Shown here: positions 62,253 to 64,000 of the stretch, piece after piece
Numbering within the stretch: position 1 is the stretch's first letter
Layout: each line of letters opens with the position of its first letter
NCBI GenBank assembly: GCA_963835575.1
Contig: CAWIGG010000002.1
Location: forward strand, 1,120,001 to 1,184,000
Length of the DNA stretch: 64,000 bases
Source of the DNA: an uncultured Spirochaetota bacterium
GTDB taxonomy: Bacteria; Spirochaetota; Brevinematia; Brevinematales; JAOACQ01
Reading direction: 5' to 3'
Program-made: the position numbers and the translations under genes
Notes under the pieces: generated by a model
The model's database searches: none
What the model was told of the DNA's origin: nothing
Seen by the model: the letters and a program-made list of their open reading frames with translations, nothing else

Positions 62253-64000
62253 ATGTTCAATATACAGGAAGTTAAAAAACAGATCCTGCAATCAAGCGAT
62301 TATCTCAGGCTGTTGCTTGAAAATAATCCTGATCTCTGGAAGGAAATTTATACTTTCCTCTCTCAATCCGATGAAAAAGTTCCTCAGGAATATACAAATG
62401 ATTATTATTATAAAAAACACTCTTTTCCTAAGGTTGATGAAGATCCTGAAAAGATGTTTTTAAACATCCGGAAAATCAAAAATAAAGAATTAGCGATCAT
62501 AGCTTTTAAAGACTTTCTTTTTAATAATTCTGTTTCAATGACTCTTATTTTCCTGTCCAGACTGGCTGATTTTTGTATTGATTGGTCAATCCGCAGCGTT
62601 CTAAATATTATGCATGAAAAAAATTACATCGGCTATGATAAATTGAAAAATAACATAATGATCATCGGGATGGGTAAACTCGGCGGGAATGAACTGAATA
62701 TCAGTTCCGATATCGACCTTATCTTTCTTGGAAAAGATGAAATCATTCAGGATGATGCCTTCAGGAAGGAACTTGAAACATTTCTTACACATTTTCTTGA
62801 TTTCCTGAACCGTACATCTCAAGAAGGATTTCTATACCGTGTCGATATGAGGCTAAGGCCGGAAGGTGAAATCGGGCCTCTTATTATGGGTTTTCAAAAT
62901 GCGCTGGAATATTATAAAGAAAGAGGCCGTCAATGGGAATTGCAGGCAATGATAAAAAAAAGGCTGCTATGGGGAAATGATTTGCTATATCAAGAGTTTG
63001 TTTCATCAATGGATAAACTAATTTATCAGCATCACCAGCCTCAAAAGATCCTCTTTGATATCTGGAATATCAAAAATGAAATTGAAAAACAATTTTTGAA
63101 TAAAAATACTGAATTCAATATCAAGCTTTCTCCCGGCGGCATCCGGGATATTGAATTTATAATACAATTTCTACAGCTTATCCATGGTATTAGATATCCT
63201 GAAATAAGGAATGCTAATTCTCTTTCAACCCTCAATTCTTTAAAAACTTTCAATATAATTACACCGGATGAATTCAATACCCTGAATTCCAGTTATATAA
63301 TTTTAAGAAAAATAGAAAATATCCTTCAGCTCATAAATAATACATCAGTACATTCTCTACCTGGGAAAAAAGGAATAATAGAAAAAGTTTTCAAACCATG
63401 GAAGATTGAGGGGTTTGACTTTCCCAATGAAGATTATGAAATTGAATTTAAAAATAAAGTAAATACAATTATGTCGAATGTCAGGACCATTTTTACGGCT
63501 CTATTCGATGAAACGATCAGGTATATAAAATTAAAAGATAATCTCCTGTCCCAATATCAGGATATTCCCGGAGAATTACTGGAAGATCATTTTCTAAGAA
63601 TGGACAGCGAATATTTTCTCCGTTTTCAGGAAATGGATATTTACAAACACATAAAAATGATAGAAAAGCTTAATCTAAATAATCTCGTTGAACTGGAAAT
63701 CAACAAAAATAAAGAGGAAATATGGTCTCTGACTATTGTTGCCTTTGATTATTATTATGAATTTTCAAAAATAGCCGGTTTGATCTCGGCTAATTTTTTA
63801 AAGATACTCAGCGGCGAATCATATACATACGGTGAGTATTCTTCACAAAAAGATGAGAAAGAGGAACCATTCTACAGACGGAAAAAAAAGCAGATTTATT
63901 TCTTTTCATCAGAAAAAAAAGCACCGTCACTCATTTACAGAAGAAAGATCGTATGTTATTTAAAAGTACAAATGCTTGAAACTATTCAAAAAAACGCAAC
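62253..64000 (+). CDS. glnE: GlnE-like adenylyltransferase with a GlnD-like ACT region; runs off the window and is absent from the ORF track
   Basis: Translated by hand from ATG 62253 (RBS AAGGAAG) with no stop to the end: MGKLGGNELNISSDIDLIF, YRVDMRLRPEG, GRQWELQA and NIKLSPGGIRDIEFIIQFLQL, then HFLRMDSEYFLRF...LTIVAFD...FSKIAGLIS. Confidence 0.85.
   Translation, partial: MFNIQEVKKQILQSSDYLRLLLENNPDLWKEIYTFLSQSDEKVPQEYTNDYYYKKHSFPKVDEDPEKMFLNIRKIKNKELAIIAFKDFLFNNSVSMTLIFLSRLADFCIDWSIRSVLNIMHEKNYIGYDKLKNNIMIIGMGKLGGNELNISSDIDLIFLGKDEIIQDDAFRKELETFLTHFLDFLNRTSQEGFLYRVDMRLRPEGEIGPLIMGFQNALEYYKERGRQWELQAMIKKRLLWGNDLLYQEFVSSMDKLIYQHHQPQKILFDIWNIKNEIEKQFLNKNTEFNIKLSPGGIRDIEFIIQFLQLIHGIRYPEIRNANSLSTLNSLKTFNIITPDEFNTLNSSYIILRKIENILQLINNTSVHSLPGKKGIIEKVFKPWKIEGFDFPNEDYEIEFKNKVNTIMSNVRTIFTALFDETIRYIKLKDNLLSQYQDIPGELLEDHFLRMDSEYFLRFQEMDIYKHIKMIEKLNLNNLVELEINKNKEEIWSLTIVAFDYYYEFSKIAGLISANFLKILSGESYTYGEYSSQKDEKEEPFYRRKKKQIYFFSSEKKAPSLIYRRKIVCYLKVQMLETIQKNA

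Noticed and set aside
62182..63277. ORFs 62182-62463 (+), 62601-62822 (-) and 63041-63277 (-)
   Set aside because: They are out-of-frame or antisense shadows of the long glnE-like frame starting at 62253

Overview
AT-rich chromosomal segment from a spirochaete, inferred from two tandem flaA periplasmic-flagellar sheath genes together with lptC/lptA. Most of it is housekeeping: V-ATPase subunit I, ligA, nfi, rho, rpmE, xseA, dnaX-ybaB-recR-carD, gmd, mutS2, prfB, xth, tyrS, a sirtuin, class II nrdJ, panD, rdgB and a UDG. Several features are missing from the ORF track. (1) A sigma70 promoter and cobalamin riboswitch (2816-2977) precede a BtuB-like gene that has been hit twice: an intact IS1182-family element (3051-4725, TGTG duplication) sits in the riboswitch leader, and a frameshifted IS5-family element (5753-7035, TCTA duplication) sits in the CDS. 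(2) prfB has a +1 programmed frameshift with a CTT-TGA-A cassette. (3) A multi-hairpin REP/MITE-like element lies inside a TetR-regulated ABC/TolC efflux operon. (4) An open-ended GlnE-like nucleotidyltransferase with a GlnD-like ACT region (62253 to the window end) is divergent from a type III glutamine synthetase. It sits next to a stand-alone GltB1 amidotransferase and a PPDK-like protein with a degenerate KaiC/RecA-like N-terminus; this cluster is my best candidate for an undescribed nitrogen-regulatory system. A K+ channel with a TCGYG filter coupled to a free cNMP-binding protein, and a PilZ protein split by a GAF-like insert, are also notable. All calls come from motif recognition by eye; no searches were run.
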